Shown: piece by piece, positions 23,096 to 31,522 of the stretch | Layout of the letters: each line of letters opens with the position of its first letter | How positions within the stretch are numbered: the first letter of the stretch is position 1 | Source of the DNA: Candidatus Woesearchaeota archaeon | GTDB lineage: Archaea; Nanobdellota; Nanobdellia; SCGC-AAA011-G17; GW2011-AR20 | Direction: 5' to 3' | DNA: 32,256 nt | Assembly (NCBI GenBank): GCA_018302885.1 | Contig: JAGVZC010000005.1 | Location: 1-32,256, forward strand | Translations under genes and position numbers: made by a program | The notes under the pieces: model-generated | What the model was told of the DNA's origin: nothing | The model's database searches: none | Seen by the model: the letters and a program-made list of their open reading frames with translations, nothing else

Positions 23096-23431
23096 ATGAA
23101 ACCAAATCTACACCATATTCATAATAGAAAAATTTCAAGCAAAGTATTAAAAAAATACCCCAATAAAAATAAATACATAAGGTTTCTTGATAAAATTATT
23201 CTCGCAGTTGCAGTTATAGGTCCTGCATTAACAATACCGCAAATATTCAAGATATTCTATTATCAGAATGCAGAAGGGGTTTCAATCACAACCTGGTCTC
23301 TTTATGTCTTATTTGACATACCATGGATAATCTACGGGATTGTCCATAAAGAAAAACCGATAACCATTGCATATGCCTTTTGGATTTTGACTGGATTAAC
23401 AGTCGTTCTAGGAATTTTGATGTATGGATAA
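23096..23431 (+). CDS. SemiSWEET / PQ-loop family small transporter (3 TM)
   Basis: Contains AVIGPALTIPQIFKIFYYQNAEGVSITTW (PQ-loop motif) and three hydrophobic helices. I prefer the ATG at 23096 over the TTG at 23081. Confidence 0.65.
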   Translation: MKPNLHHIHNRKISSKVLKKYPNKNKYIRFLDKIILAVAVIGPALTIPQIFKIFYYQNAEGVSITTWSLYVLFDIPWIIYGIVHKEKPITIAYAFWILTGLTVVLGILMYG

Positions 23432-23471
23432 TTAACGAAAGTTTCTTAAAATACTTTTCATTATTAAAATA

Positions 23472-24356
23472 ATGGAAATTATATTTTTGGGGACATCCGG
23501 AATGCACCCCACAAAGGAGAGAAATTTATTCAGTGTTTTAGTCAGATATAAATCTGAGAATATTCTGATAGATTGCGGTGAAGGAACACAAAGGCAAATG
23601 AGAATTATCGGACTCAAGACTCCAAAAATAAGCAGAATATTTCTAACGCATTTGCATGGAGATCATATTAACGGATTGCCGGGATTAATACAGAATTTAC
23701 AGGCCAATCAATATTCAAAAGGACTTGACATTTATGGTCCCACAGGAACAAGGGAATTGATGAAGCACATTTTAGAGATTACAAGATTTCGGATAAAAAT
23801 AAATGTTCATGAGATAGTATCGGGCGTTGTTTACAAAGATGAAGATTTTCATGTTGAGGCAATTGAATTAAAACATTCAATTAAAGTTTACGGCTATAGC
23901 ATAATTGAAAATGATAAAAGAAGAATCAATCTGGATTATCTTAAAAAATTCAATTTAAAGAAACATATTTTGCTTGGTGACCTGCAAAAAGGAAAAGACA
24001 TTGTTTACGAAGGTAAAAAAATAAAGGCAAAGGATGCAACAATTCTGGTTAAAGGCAAGAAATTAACATTAATTACAGACACTGTTTATTGTGACAATTG
24101 CGTTAAATTAAGCAAGGATGCTGATTTATTGGTTAGCGAGTGCACCTACAGCGATAAACTGAAAGATTTGGCAAAAGAAAGAAAACACTTGACTGCTGTC
24201 GATGCTGCTACAATTGCAAAAAAAGCAAAAGTAAAGAAACTAATAATAACTCATTTCTCACAAAGATACAACGACCTTAGTATTTTGTTAAAAGAAGCAA
24301 ATAAAGTTTTCAAGAATACTTATGTTGCAAAAGATTTCATGAAAATAAAAATTTAA
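23472..24356 (+). CDS. rnz: Ribonuclease Z (tRNA 3' endonuclease, metallo-beta-lactamase fold)
   Basis: Contains MEIIFLGTSG, ILIDCGEGTQRQM, THLHGDHINGLPGL and ITHFSQRY. Confidence 0.9.
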   Translation: MEIIFLGTSGMHPTKERNLFSVLVRYKSENILIDCGEGTQRQMRIIGLKTPKISRIFLTHLHGDHINGLPGLIQNLQANQYSKGLDIYGPTGTRELMKHILEITRFRIKINVHEIVSGVVYKDEDFHVEAIELKHSIKVYGYSIIENDKRRINLDYLKKFNLKKHILLGDLQKGKDIVYEGKKIKAKDATILVKGKKLTLITDTVYCDNCVKLSKDADLLVSECTYSDKLKDLAKERKHLTAVDAATIAKKAKVKKLIITHFSQRYNDLSILLKEANKVFKNTYVAKDFMKIKI

Positions 24357-24358
24357 AA

Positions 24359-25288
24359 TTATTTTCCTTCAGCTTCCTCTATCTTTCTTTTTAGTTCCTT
24401 GTCCAATTTTAATTTTTTGAGCAATTCCTTGTATCTATTTCTTATTGTAACTTCTGTAACGCCTGCAACATCTGCAACCTCTCTCTGTGTCCTTTTTTCA
24501 TTGTTAATCAATGTTGCAACATACAAAGAAGCTGCTGCTATTCCTGTAGGTCCTCTTCCGGATGTCAATTCAGCTTTCTGCGCCTTTTCCAGAATTTCAA
24601 CTGCTCTGGTCTGTGTCTCAGGACTTAATTTCAAAGATGTAGCAAATCTTGGTATATAATCAACGGGATTGCTTGGCAATATTCTAATTCCCAACTCCCT
24701 TGTAATGAACCTATAAGTTCTTCCTATTTCCTTTTTGTCAATACCAGAAGCTTCAGATATCTCATCAAGAGTTCTTGGAACTTCATGTCTTCTGCATGAT
24801 GCATACAATGCCCCAGCAACAACAGACTCCATTGATCTCCCCCTTACAAGGCCTCTCTGAACTGCCATGGTATAAATTCTAGCTGCTTCCTCTTCAACTG
24901 CAGGAGGCAATTTTAAAAAATTAGAAACTCTTTTTAATTCAGCCAAAGCCAACTTCAGATTTCTTTCAATGGCTGTTGAAACCCTGTGCTGCCATTTTCT
25001 TAATCTGAAATATTTGTTCCTTTCCTTTGATTGTAACTGGTAAATATCCCCGCCAGCACCAATATCAGTACCTAAACCTCTATCAAATTTTGTGTAAGTC
25101 ATAGGAGCACCAGTTCTTCTTCTCTTTTCACCTTGCTGATTATCGAACTCTCTCCACTCTTGTGAGAAATCAATCATTCTTTCTTCAATAACAAATCCAC
25201 AATCTTTACAAATAACCTCTCCTTTGTCTTTATTGACTATCAGGTTGATAGAACCACACTCAGGGCACTTTTTTATATATTTTGACAA
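24359..25288 (-). CDS. tfb: Transcription initiation factor B (TFB)
   Basis: A zinc ribbon (CPECGS...CKDCG), a B-reader/linker and two cyclin folds. As assembled, the frame opens with TTG at 25288. An ATG at 25302 is out of frame by one base across a C7 run (see findings). Confidence 0.9.
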   Translation of the reverse strand: MSKYIKKCPECGSINLIVNKDKGEVICKDCGFVIEERMIDFSQEWREFDNQQGEKRRRTGAPMTYTKFDRGLGTDIGAGGDIYQLQSKERNKYFRLRKWQHRVSTAIERNLKLALAELKRVSNFLKLPPAVEEEAARIYTMAVQRGLVRGRSMESVVAGALYASCRRHEVPRTLDEISEASGIDKKEIGRTYRFITRELGIRILPSNPVDYIPRFATSLKLSPETQTRAVEILEKAQKAELTSGRGPTGIAAASLYVATLINNEKRTQREVADVAGVTEVTIRNRYKELLKKLKLDKELKRKIEEAEGK

Positions 25289-25325
25289 TTTTACCCCCCC
25301 ATGATAGAGTCAGAGACTCTGATAA

Positions 25326-25333
25326 TATTTAAA
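25326..25333 (-). promoter_or_regulatory. TATA box TTTAAATA (minus strand), centred about 27 nt upstream of ATG 25302
   Basis: The motif and spacing predict a leaderless start at or near the ATG at 25302, not at the TTG at 25288. Confidence 0.45.
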
Positions 25334-25445
25334 TAAGTTTATTGGTTTGCATATATAAACCTTTTGGTTATTGTGCAGATTTTCTTAAAATTTATAAAGG
25401 AAACCTTAATTTCGTGTGGAGCGACAAAGTCCATAAAATAGGATT

Positions 25446-25991
25446 TTAGAGAAATTTAAAATAAGAAATAATCTTCTTAAAATTAGCCTCTGTCTGATTT
25501 TTCTTGTATTGCTTTAGCAATTTTATCAGCTCTTTTTTATTAATCCTGTATTTTGCAATGTCCAAAACTTTCTTTGACATCAAAAACTGGCAGAATTGCG
25601 TTACATTCTTTGGTTTTTGTGTTTTGTAAACCCTCTCAAAGTCAATCATAACAGGTTTTCTATTATTAATTATTATGTGCTTGTAGGGGTTATGCATTTC
25701 TAATTTATTCACTTTCAGCTTATCCATCATCCTGCACTGCTTCAGAACATCAATTATAATTGGCTTAGAATTATTTGATTTAAAATAATCAAGAATAAAA
25801 TCCCCTTTTATAAATTTATATTTGAAATAATTTTTTTTTACTTCAATCAGTTTCGGACCAATGCCATATTTATTAAGTATTTTCAGCCATGAAGACTCAT
25901 TCTTCACCCTTTTAGGAAGTGACTTTTTTATTGCTGTATTTCCTTCGACGTATATTTTTCCTCTTTTGCCTTTTGTTAAATATCTAAACAT
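25446..25991 (-). CDS. Small protein-kinase-like fold protein (Bud32/RIO/APH-like), atypical
   Basis: Contains GKRGKIYVEGNTAIKK (Gly-rich loop plus Lys), ESSWLKILNKYGIGPKLI, LEMHNPYKHIIINN and MIDFERV, in kinase-subdomain order. The usual HxD Asp is not evident. Confidence 0.4.
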   Translation of the reverse strand: MFRYLTKGKRGKIYVEGNTAIKKSLPKRVKNESSWLKILNKYGIGPKLIEVKKNYFKYKFIKGDFILDYFKSNNSKPIIIDVLKQCRMMDKLKVNKLEMHNPYKHIIINNRKPVMIDFERVYKTQKPKNVTQFCQFLMSKKVLDIAKYRINKKELIKLLKQYKKNQTEANFKKIISYFKFL

Positions 25992-26012
25992 ACTGCAAAT
26001 AAAGAAAAGGTT

Positions 26013-26020
26013 TTTAAATA
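26013..26020. promoter_or_regulatory. Shared divergent TATA region TTTAAATA between the kinase-like gene and the first surface-protein gene
   Basis: It lies about 24-27 nt from both start codons (25991 on the minus strand, 26040 on the plus strand). Confidence 0.4.
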
Positions 26021-26039
26021 ATTTACCTATTGTATATAC

Positions 26040-27746
26040 ATGAAGAGGCTTGTCTTTTTGATTGTATTTTTATTAATGATAGGAAGTGTTAGTGCTGAAT
26101 TCAATCAGCAAAATGCAGTTAACTGGCTGAATTCAAACATTCAGTGGAGCAGGGCTACAATTGAAGAAATTGCGTTCTCTGCAATGGCTTTGGATTCTCA
26201 GGAAGGTGCAAACCAGTTGAAAGTCAATAAAATGGATGCTTCAGGATGTTTTCCAAAGAACAACTGCAATTCAAAGGATACTGCACTGGCAACATTAGCC
26301 CTTTCTTCAAACAGCGAATCAATTGCTGATCAATTAACATATCTGGAAGATAGTTTAACAAGTGCACCATTGGATGAATCAGAATGGAGAATTCAGGTTG
26401 TAACCAATACTGCAGGAACATGTACGGTTGGTTATGAGGGTGGGACATATTCATTGAATTTTGATGAGGAAGGAAAATTGGCTGATGGAAGTTCCTGGGT
26501 AAGCTTTAGTACCTTTCCTAATTTCAACTTTGATCGGGCTGTTGAAGAAATAAACGTGGATTGCAATGATCTTGATTATGTTCAGAAAATTTCAATAGTA
26601 AAAGTACAGGGGAATACTTTCTACATAATTGATGAAAGTGATTCAAAGAATGCATTATTTGAAATGGAAAATGGATGTTATGCTACAAATAAAGACAGCA
26701 ATACATGCGATGCTGATTCCTCATTCTATATTTCATGGGTGTTGAACAAATTAGGAAAAAGCATTACAACACAAAATTATCTTGAAGATGAGGCAAACAG
26801 CATTTTGTACAATGCAATGTTAACAGACATAGATAACTCAAAATCCTCAAGCTTGGTTGGAATGAAAAGCCAGGATAATTCTTTTGAAAATAAAATTTAC
26901 ACAACTTCCTTTGCAGTTAATGCACTGAAAAACAGCATTTACAGTACAGAAAGAGACAATTCAATAACATGGATTGAAAGCAAGCAAAATGAAAATACAG
27001 GAAAAATAGGAGATAATCTGATTGACACTGCAGCTGCATTATATTTGATTTATAGCGATGTTATTTATTCCGGAGGAGAAGATGAAGGAGAGCAAACAAC
27101 ATGCGTGACTGACTTTGACTGCGCTAACAATGAAGAATGCATAAACGGAATATGCCAGGCAATAGCACAGCAATGTACAAATGACGGAATATGCACTGAA
27201 TCTGAATATTCAACAGGAAATTGCGTTGATTGTTATGGCTGCGGCGACAAATACTGCAGTCCTCTTGAAAATGAATTCAGCTGCCCTTCTGACTGCGCTG
27301 AAGAAGAGATTATATGTAATGATGATGGCTTCTGTGATACCAGCGAGAGTGAATTTAACTGCCCAAATGACTGTCCAGCAACAAGCACAGGAGAGCAAGA
27401 AGAGGACAGATGCGGGAATGGCGTATGCGAATTAACATACGGCGAAGATGAGTTTACATGCTCCATTGATTGTGAACCAGAGAAAAAAGCAAGCTTGCTG
27501 TGGCTATGGTTAATTATAATAATTTTAATAATTGGCGGAGCAGCATTCTTTGTATTAACAAAAATGAAAAAAGGAAAAGGGGGGAATGAAAGACCTTCCT
27601 ACCTGCAAAATCAGAAAATTACCCCACAATATCCTTCAAGAAAAACAACCGTTGGTGACATAAAATCTTCAAGGGATCAAACAGTAGAGAGTGAACTTGA
27701 CAAGTCAATAAGCGAGGCAAGGGAATTGCTGAAAAGGAAGAAATAA
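26040..27746 (+). CDS. Type-I membrane surface protein: signal peptide, alpha/alpha-toroid (prenyltransferase/terpene-cyclase-like) repeat region, four Cys-rich modules, TM anchor, cytoplasmic tail
   Basis: The signal peptide is MKRLVFLIVFLLMIGSVSA. GCFPKNNCNSKDTALATLALSS is shared with the next gene. The Cys-rich repeats follow the pattern DG.C..SE.EF.CP.DC. The TM helix is LLWLWLIIIILIIGGAAFFVL. Confidence 0.7.
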   Translation: MKRLVFLIVFLLMIGSVSAEFNQQNAVNWLNSNIQWSRATIEEIAFSAMALDSQEGANQLKVNKMDASGCFPKNNCNSKDTALATLALSSNSESIADQLTYLEDSLTSAPLDESEWRIQVVTNTAGTCTVGYEGGTYSLNFDEEGKLADGSSWVSFSTFPNFNFDRAVEEINVDCNDLDYVQKISIVKVQGNTFYIIDESDSKNALFEMENGCYATNKDSNTCDADSSFYISWVLNKLGKSITTQNYLEDEANSILYNAMLTDIDNSKSSSLVGMKSQDNSFENKIYTTSFAVNALKNSIYSTERDNSITWIESKQNENTGKIGDNLIDTAAALYLIYSDVIYSGGEDEGEQTTCVTDFDCANNEECINGICQAIAQQCTNDGICTESEYSTGNCVDCYGCGDKYCSPLENEFSCPSDCAEEEIICNDDGFCDTSESEFNCPNDCPATSTGEQEEDRCGNGVCELTYGEDEFTCSIDCEPEKKASLLWLWLIIIILIIGGAAFFVLTKMKKGKGGNERPSYLQNQKITPQYPSRKTTVGDIKSSRDQTVESELDKSISEARELLKRKK

Positions 27747-27753
27747 AAACCCT

Positions 27754-27761
27754 TTTATATT
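27754..27761 (+). promoter_or_regulatory. TATA box TTTATATT, about 26 nt upstream of the second surface-protein gene
   Basis: Motif plus spacing to the ATG at 27781. Confidence 0.4.
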
Positions 27762-27780
27762 TCTGATAATTTAAGATTTC

Positions 27781-29853
27781 ATGAAGAGGTTATCATATTT
27801 GTTTATTTTTTTAATAGTTTGTTTCAGTGTCTATGCTGCTGATATAAATATTTTAACTTACAGAGATGATTATAATCCATTGGAAACATTTCAGGCAGAG
27901 GTAATTTTAGACAGTGAACCTGCAAGTGAATTAACTAATCTAAATTTTGAATTTTCAAAAGACAGTCAGATAGGAATTCTGTTATTTCTTGAAAAGATAA
28001 GCGACAAGCATTACTTTGTCTATTTTAACATTCCTGATGTCAATAAAGGTGAATACAAATTCAAAGTAAAAAATATAAATGTCATAGAGAATGGAATCCT
28101 GAAGAGAATTTCTGCAGAAAAAACAGTTAATGTTCTGGAAGCAAACAGCGGTTTTGAGTATTTATTAAATCATCAGAACATTGACGGAAGTTTTGGCAAT
28201 GTTATGGAAACCTCTTTGTCTTCATTGGCATTAAAAAACATCGATTATGAAAAAGCAATTCTCGGGGTGAATTATTTATTGAACAACCAAGATCCAACCG
28301 GATGCTATCCAAAAAATAACTGCAATGTCAGGGATACTTCCTTTGCATTACTGGCTTTAAGCAAATTCAACCAGAATTACATAAAAACAAAAAACTGGCT
28401 GAAAGATGCAGGCAATAATTTTGATTTGGGGTTGTGGAATTTAAAATTAGAAGGCAATGCTGTCTGCGGGAATATCCAGCTGAATGGAGTATATAATTTA
28501 AACATAGAAGATAAAGAGACAAATATAACCTGCAACAATGCTGTTGATTTTACACTAACCCATAATTATCTCGGAAATACCCACACAATACACCAATATA
28601 GCGGAAATAATTTTTATTATTCAATTGAGGATTCAGGATGTTATGGATCAACATACAAGAGCAGCTGTGATTACATAAACAGCTTATATGCAAGTTGGGC
28701 ATTAGACAGCATAAATGAAGATTTTCCTCAGCAATATCTGGAAAACAACAAACTTGACAATCGAACAATAGATCACTCCATTGGCTATATATTAAACAAT
28801 GATAATGAAGATAAAGACTGGCTGTTAAACAATTATCTCAATGGCTACTGGAGCTACAGCTCTGCTTCATTATCCCAAACACCTGATTATTTCGTCAGTG
28901 CATTATCAGCATATGCTTTAAGGAATGAATTTTTATTTGAAGAGGCAAAAAATTACCTTGAAAGCAGAACACAGACAAGCATATTGAACTCTGGTTTGAT
29001 ATTATATCTCCTGTTTGATGATGAAATGAATCTTCCTTCAGTATCAATAACCCCCGGAATCTCAAATAAACTAAGGTCATTTAATCTTAAAATAAAAAAC
29101 AACAAAGAACCATTAAATATTTTTATAGAAGCACCAAACTCAAGCAGACTGCCATCAGAGATATACCTGCAAAATGAAGCGAATTACAATGTCAATATAA
29201 TTGAAAGTTTTGATATACTCATCAATTATGGAAATTTCTCATATACAATACCTGTAATAGCACAAAATGAAGAAGCAAGCGAAAGTCCATTGCTGCCACC
29301 TCCAAAAGATGCAATACAATTTATCAATGAAGACGTTGAGATATACCTAAATATTGATGAAAGCCCAAGTGATGAACTGGAATTAATCAACATGTGGGAT
29401 TTCAAAATAAATGATATAACCATTAATGTCACAGGGAATTTAAGGGATATTCTTGAAATTGAGCAGGATTACTTTGATTCAATTGAAAGCGGGAAAACAT
29501 TAAGGACTTCAATCATATTAAACAAAGATAAAAAACCAGTTTATCCAATATATGAGGGATATGTAATCATAAAATCCTCAAAGAATATTTTTGATTCAAT
29601 AAAATTTTCAGTTAATTTCGAAGTGGGGGATTATAAGCAGGAAGAAAGCATTGATAATAATGAGGAAACTGTAACATCCGATGAAGAACAATCAACAACA
29701 AGTGAAAAAACAAGCTCTGAAAAGAAAAGAAATCTCTGGTGGTTATGGACAATAATTATATTAATCATTGGGGTATTAATATTCATATTTTTCAGAAAGA
29801 GAAAAGAAGTAACCCAAAGCTTTGATGATTATGCAAAAAAAATAAAAAAATGA
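27781..29853 (+). CDS. Type-I membrane surface protein, paralogue of the preceding gene (signal peptide, beta-rich N-domain, alpha/alpha-toroid-like repeats, TM anchor)
   Basis: The signal peptide is MKRLSYLFIFLIVCFSVYA. LLNHQNIDGSFG and LLNNQDPTGCYPKNNCNVRDTSFALLALSK are QW-like repeats. The TM helix is LWWLWTIIILIIGVLIFIFF. Confidence 0.7.
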   Translation: MKRLSYLFIFLIVCFSVYAADINILTYRDDYNPLETFQAEVILDSEPASELTNLNFEFSKDSQIGILLFLEKISDKHYFVYFNIPDVNKGEYKFKVKNINVIENGILKRISAEKTVNVLEANSGFEYLLNHQNIDGSFGNVMETSLSSLALKNIDYEKAILGVNYLLNNQDPTGCYPKNNCNVRDTSFALLALSKFNQNYIKTKNWLKDAGNNFDLGLWNLKLEGNAVCGNIQLNGVYNLNIEDKETNITCNNAVDFTLTHNYLGNTHTIHQYSGNNFYYSIEDSGCYGSTYKSSCDYINSLYASWALDSINEDFPQQYLENNKLDNRTIDHSIGYILNNDNEDKDWLLNNYLNGYWSYSSASLSQTPDYFVSALSAYALRNEFLFEEAKNYLESRTQTSILNSGLILYLLFDDEMNLPSVSITPGISNKLRSFNLKIKNNKEPLNIFIEAPNSSRLPSEIYLQNEANYNVNIIESFDILINYGNFSYTIPVIAQNEEASESPLLPPPKDAIQFINEDVEIYLNIDESPSDELELINMWDFKINDITINVTGNLRDILEIEQDYFDSIESGKTLRTSIILNKDKKPVYPIYEGYVIIKSSKNIFDSIKFSVNFEVGDYKQEESIDNNEETVTSDEEQSTTSEKTSSEKKRNLWWLWTIIILIIGVLIFIFFRKRKEVTQSFDDYAKKIKK

Positions 29854-30350
29854 TAAAAAAATTAATGATGGTTTTGCTTATGTTTTCCCTGATATTTCTA
29901 ATAATAGTTATATTCATTGATTCAAGCAACAATCCAGACTTGCAGAATCCGATAAATAAGGCAATTTACAAATTAATGACTGGCGAAAAATTAAGCCCGG
30001 CAGACCATATAAAAGAAGACCAGATAAGGATTGAAGATGATCAGGTGATAATAACCATAAGAAATGCAAAAATAGCAAGGTTTGCAGATACAAATTCAAT
30101 GGATCCTTTATTGGACGAGGAAAGCAACGCCATTCAGATAGTACCAAACTCACCTGACCAGATATATGTGGGTGATATAATAAGCTACACTTCAAAAAAT
30201 GGCGATATAATAATTCACAGGGTTGTCAAAATTGATGAGGACGAAGAAGGAATGTTTTATATAACTCAGGGTGATAACAATTCAAGCCCTGACAATGAAA
30301 AAATAAGGTTCTGGCAGGTTAGATTTATAACTGTCGGAATAATATACTAA
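29850..30350 (+). CDS. Signal peptidase I (S26 family, archaeal/ER-type)
   Basis: An N-terminal TM helix, then the boxes NSMDP (catalytic Ser), GDIISY, IIHRVV (His) and TQGDNNSSPD. It shares an ATGA overlap with the preceding surface-protein gene. Confidence 0.75.
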   Translation: MIKKLMMVLLMFSLIFLIIVIFIDSSNNPDLQNPINKAIYKLMTGEKLSPADHIKEDQIRIEDDQVIITIRNAKIARFADTNSMDPLLDEESNAIQIVPNSPDQIYVGDIISYTSKNGDIIIHRVVKIDEDEEGMFYITQGDNNSSPDNEKIRFWQVRFITVGIIY

Positions 30351-30353
30351 AAA

Positions 30354-30587
30354 ATGAAAATTTGGCACTGGGTTTTGATAATAATTGTAATATTGATACT
30401 AGCTGGAGCAATTCTATATAAAAATTACAGGGAAAATTTTGTTGTCGGTAATGAATTTGAGGAACTTGAAATAAGCAAATCTGATCTTAAAGAATGCTGC
30501 CAGTATTATGAAAATGGGGAATTAAAAACATGCAGCATACTAAAAAGATTTGATTGCAGCCTGTGTGAATCTAAGTGTTCTTCCTGA
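30354..30587 (+). CDS. Small membrane protein with a Cys-rich ectodomain (77 aa)
   Basis: An N-terminal TM helix (WHWVLIIIVILILAGAILY), then ECCQYYENGELKTCSILKRFDCSLCESKCSS. Confidence 0.45.
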   Translation: MKIWHWVLIIIVILILAGAILYKNYRENFVVGNEFEELEISKSDLKECCQYYENGELKTCSILKRFDCSLCESKCSS

Positions 30588-30939
30588 GAATAAGCTCTGC
30601 CTTTAGGTTTTTCACAGTCATATCATACATATGCAATTTTGCAAGCAAATCATTAAGCGTGTTTTCTATTTCTTCCCTTTTTACATTAATCTTATCATCC
30701 AACAATTCTATTGATGATGGAAAGTAATCAAGACAGAAACCAGTTAATTCTTGAAAAGTATTGAAATCAATCTCCATTTCAGTGAACGAAAAGAACAATT
30801 TTTCCTTTTGCTGTGCCTCAAATATATTGTATTTCAGAACTTTCTTTTCATTCTGAATTTTCTGAACCATCTCCTTTATCACATTCTCAACGTGCTCCTT
30901 TGGAGAACCTACAATTTCTATAATCAAATTTGCCCTCAT
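30571..30939 (-). CDS. Hypothetical protein (122 aa)
   Basis: Clean ORF with no recognised motif. It overlaps the preceding gene convergently by 17 nt. Confidence 0.45.
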   Translation of the reverse strand: MRANLIIEIVGSPKEHVENVIKEMVQKIQNEKKVLKYNIFEAQQKEKLFFSFTEMEIDFNTFQELTGFCLDYFPSSIELLDDKINVKREEIENTLNDLLAKLHMYDMTVKNLKAELILRKNT

Positions 30940-30961
30940 AATTATACCTTAGAATATATTT

Positions 30962-31522
30962 TTATAAGCTTTTCTTAAAAATCAAGTATATAATCAACAA
31001 CAATAAAACAGCACAAAAGAAATAAATTCCGAGATTTCTTGCCTTTACATCCGAAGACTGATAAATTACAGAGGAAGTAATCGGGCTTGTAAAAGATTCG
31101 CTTTCTGATTCCATAGAATTTGCGCTAAAGGATATCGGTGTTGTTTTTAATGAAGTTTCTTCCTTAATTTTTATTTCCTCGCATAAAGATTCTGTTATGC
31201 CCTCTATTTCTATCTCTTCTGCATCAATTTCATCCAATCCTTTCAGAATTATTTTATAAGTTCCATCAGGATATTTTTTATTGCAGTTTGGCTCTATCTG
31301 AAGAGGAACTATCATTGTGTAATTTATGAATTTATCCTCTATGTTTACCTCTGACCTTTTTGAAACCTGCTTGTTGCTTTCATCCACCAAATATAAATCC
31401 AGATTATATTTCTCTGTATCTCCCTTGTAAATTTTCATTTGGCGTAGGAATTGTCTGTATCCAGTAATCATTGACTTTTGACCATGATAAGCCTTCTTTC
31501 GTATGACTATAACTAATTTCAT
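30962..31522 (-). CDS. Beta-rich segment with a C-terminal TM anchor; probably the continuation of the LTD protein after a 1-nt frame change (otherwise starts at ATG 31438)
   Basis: It has no signal peptide of its own and ends in a TM helix, LGIYFFCAVLLLLIIYLIF. The first 28 codons of the listed ORF are simply the out-of-frame LTD gene. Confidence 0.5.
   Translation of the reverse strand: MKLVIVIRKKAYHGQKSMITGYRQFLRQMKIYKGDTEKYNLDLYLVDESNKQVSKRSEVNIEDKFINYTMIVPLQIEPNCNKKYPDGTYKIILKGLDEIDAEEIEIEGITESLCEEIKIKEETSLKTTPISFSANSMESESESFTSPITSSVIYQSSDVKARNLGIYFFCAVLLLLIIYLIFKKSL

Noticed and set aside
25301-25322. C/D-box sRNA (ATGATAG ... CTGA) upstream of tfb
   Set aside because: Only one degenerate C-like box and one CTGA are present, 11 nt apart, with no second box pair. 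The segment is better explained as a palindromic operator or 5' region of tfb.
25380-25434. 31-codon minus-strand ORF (MDFVAPHEIKV...) between the kinase-like gene and tfb
   Set aside because: It is short, has no motif, and lies within promoter-like AT-rich DNA.
27181-27466. Three alternative-frame ORFs (62-84 aa) within the Cys-rich region
   Set aside because: They are embedded in the clearly coding repeat modules of the 568-aa surface protein and are artefacts of locally higher GC content.
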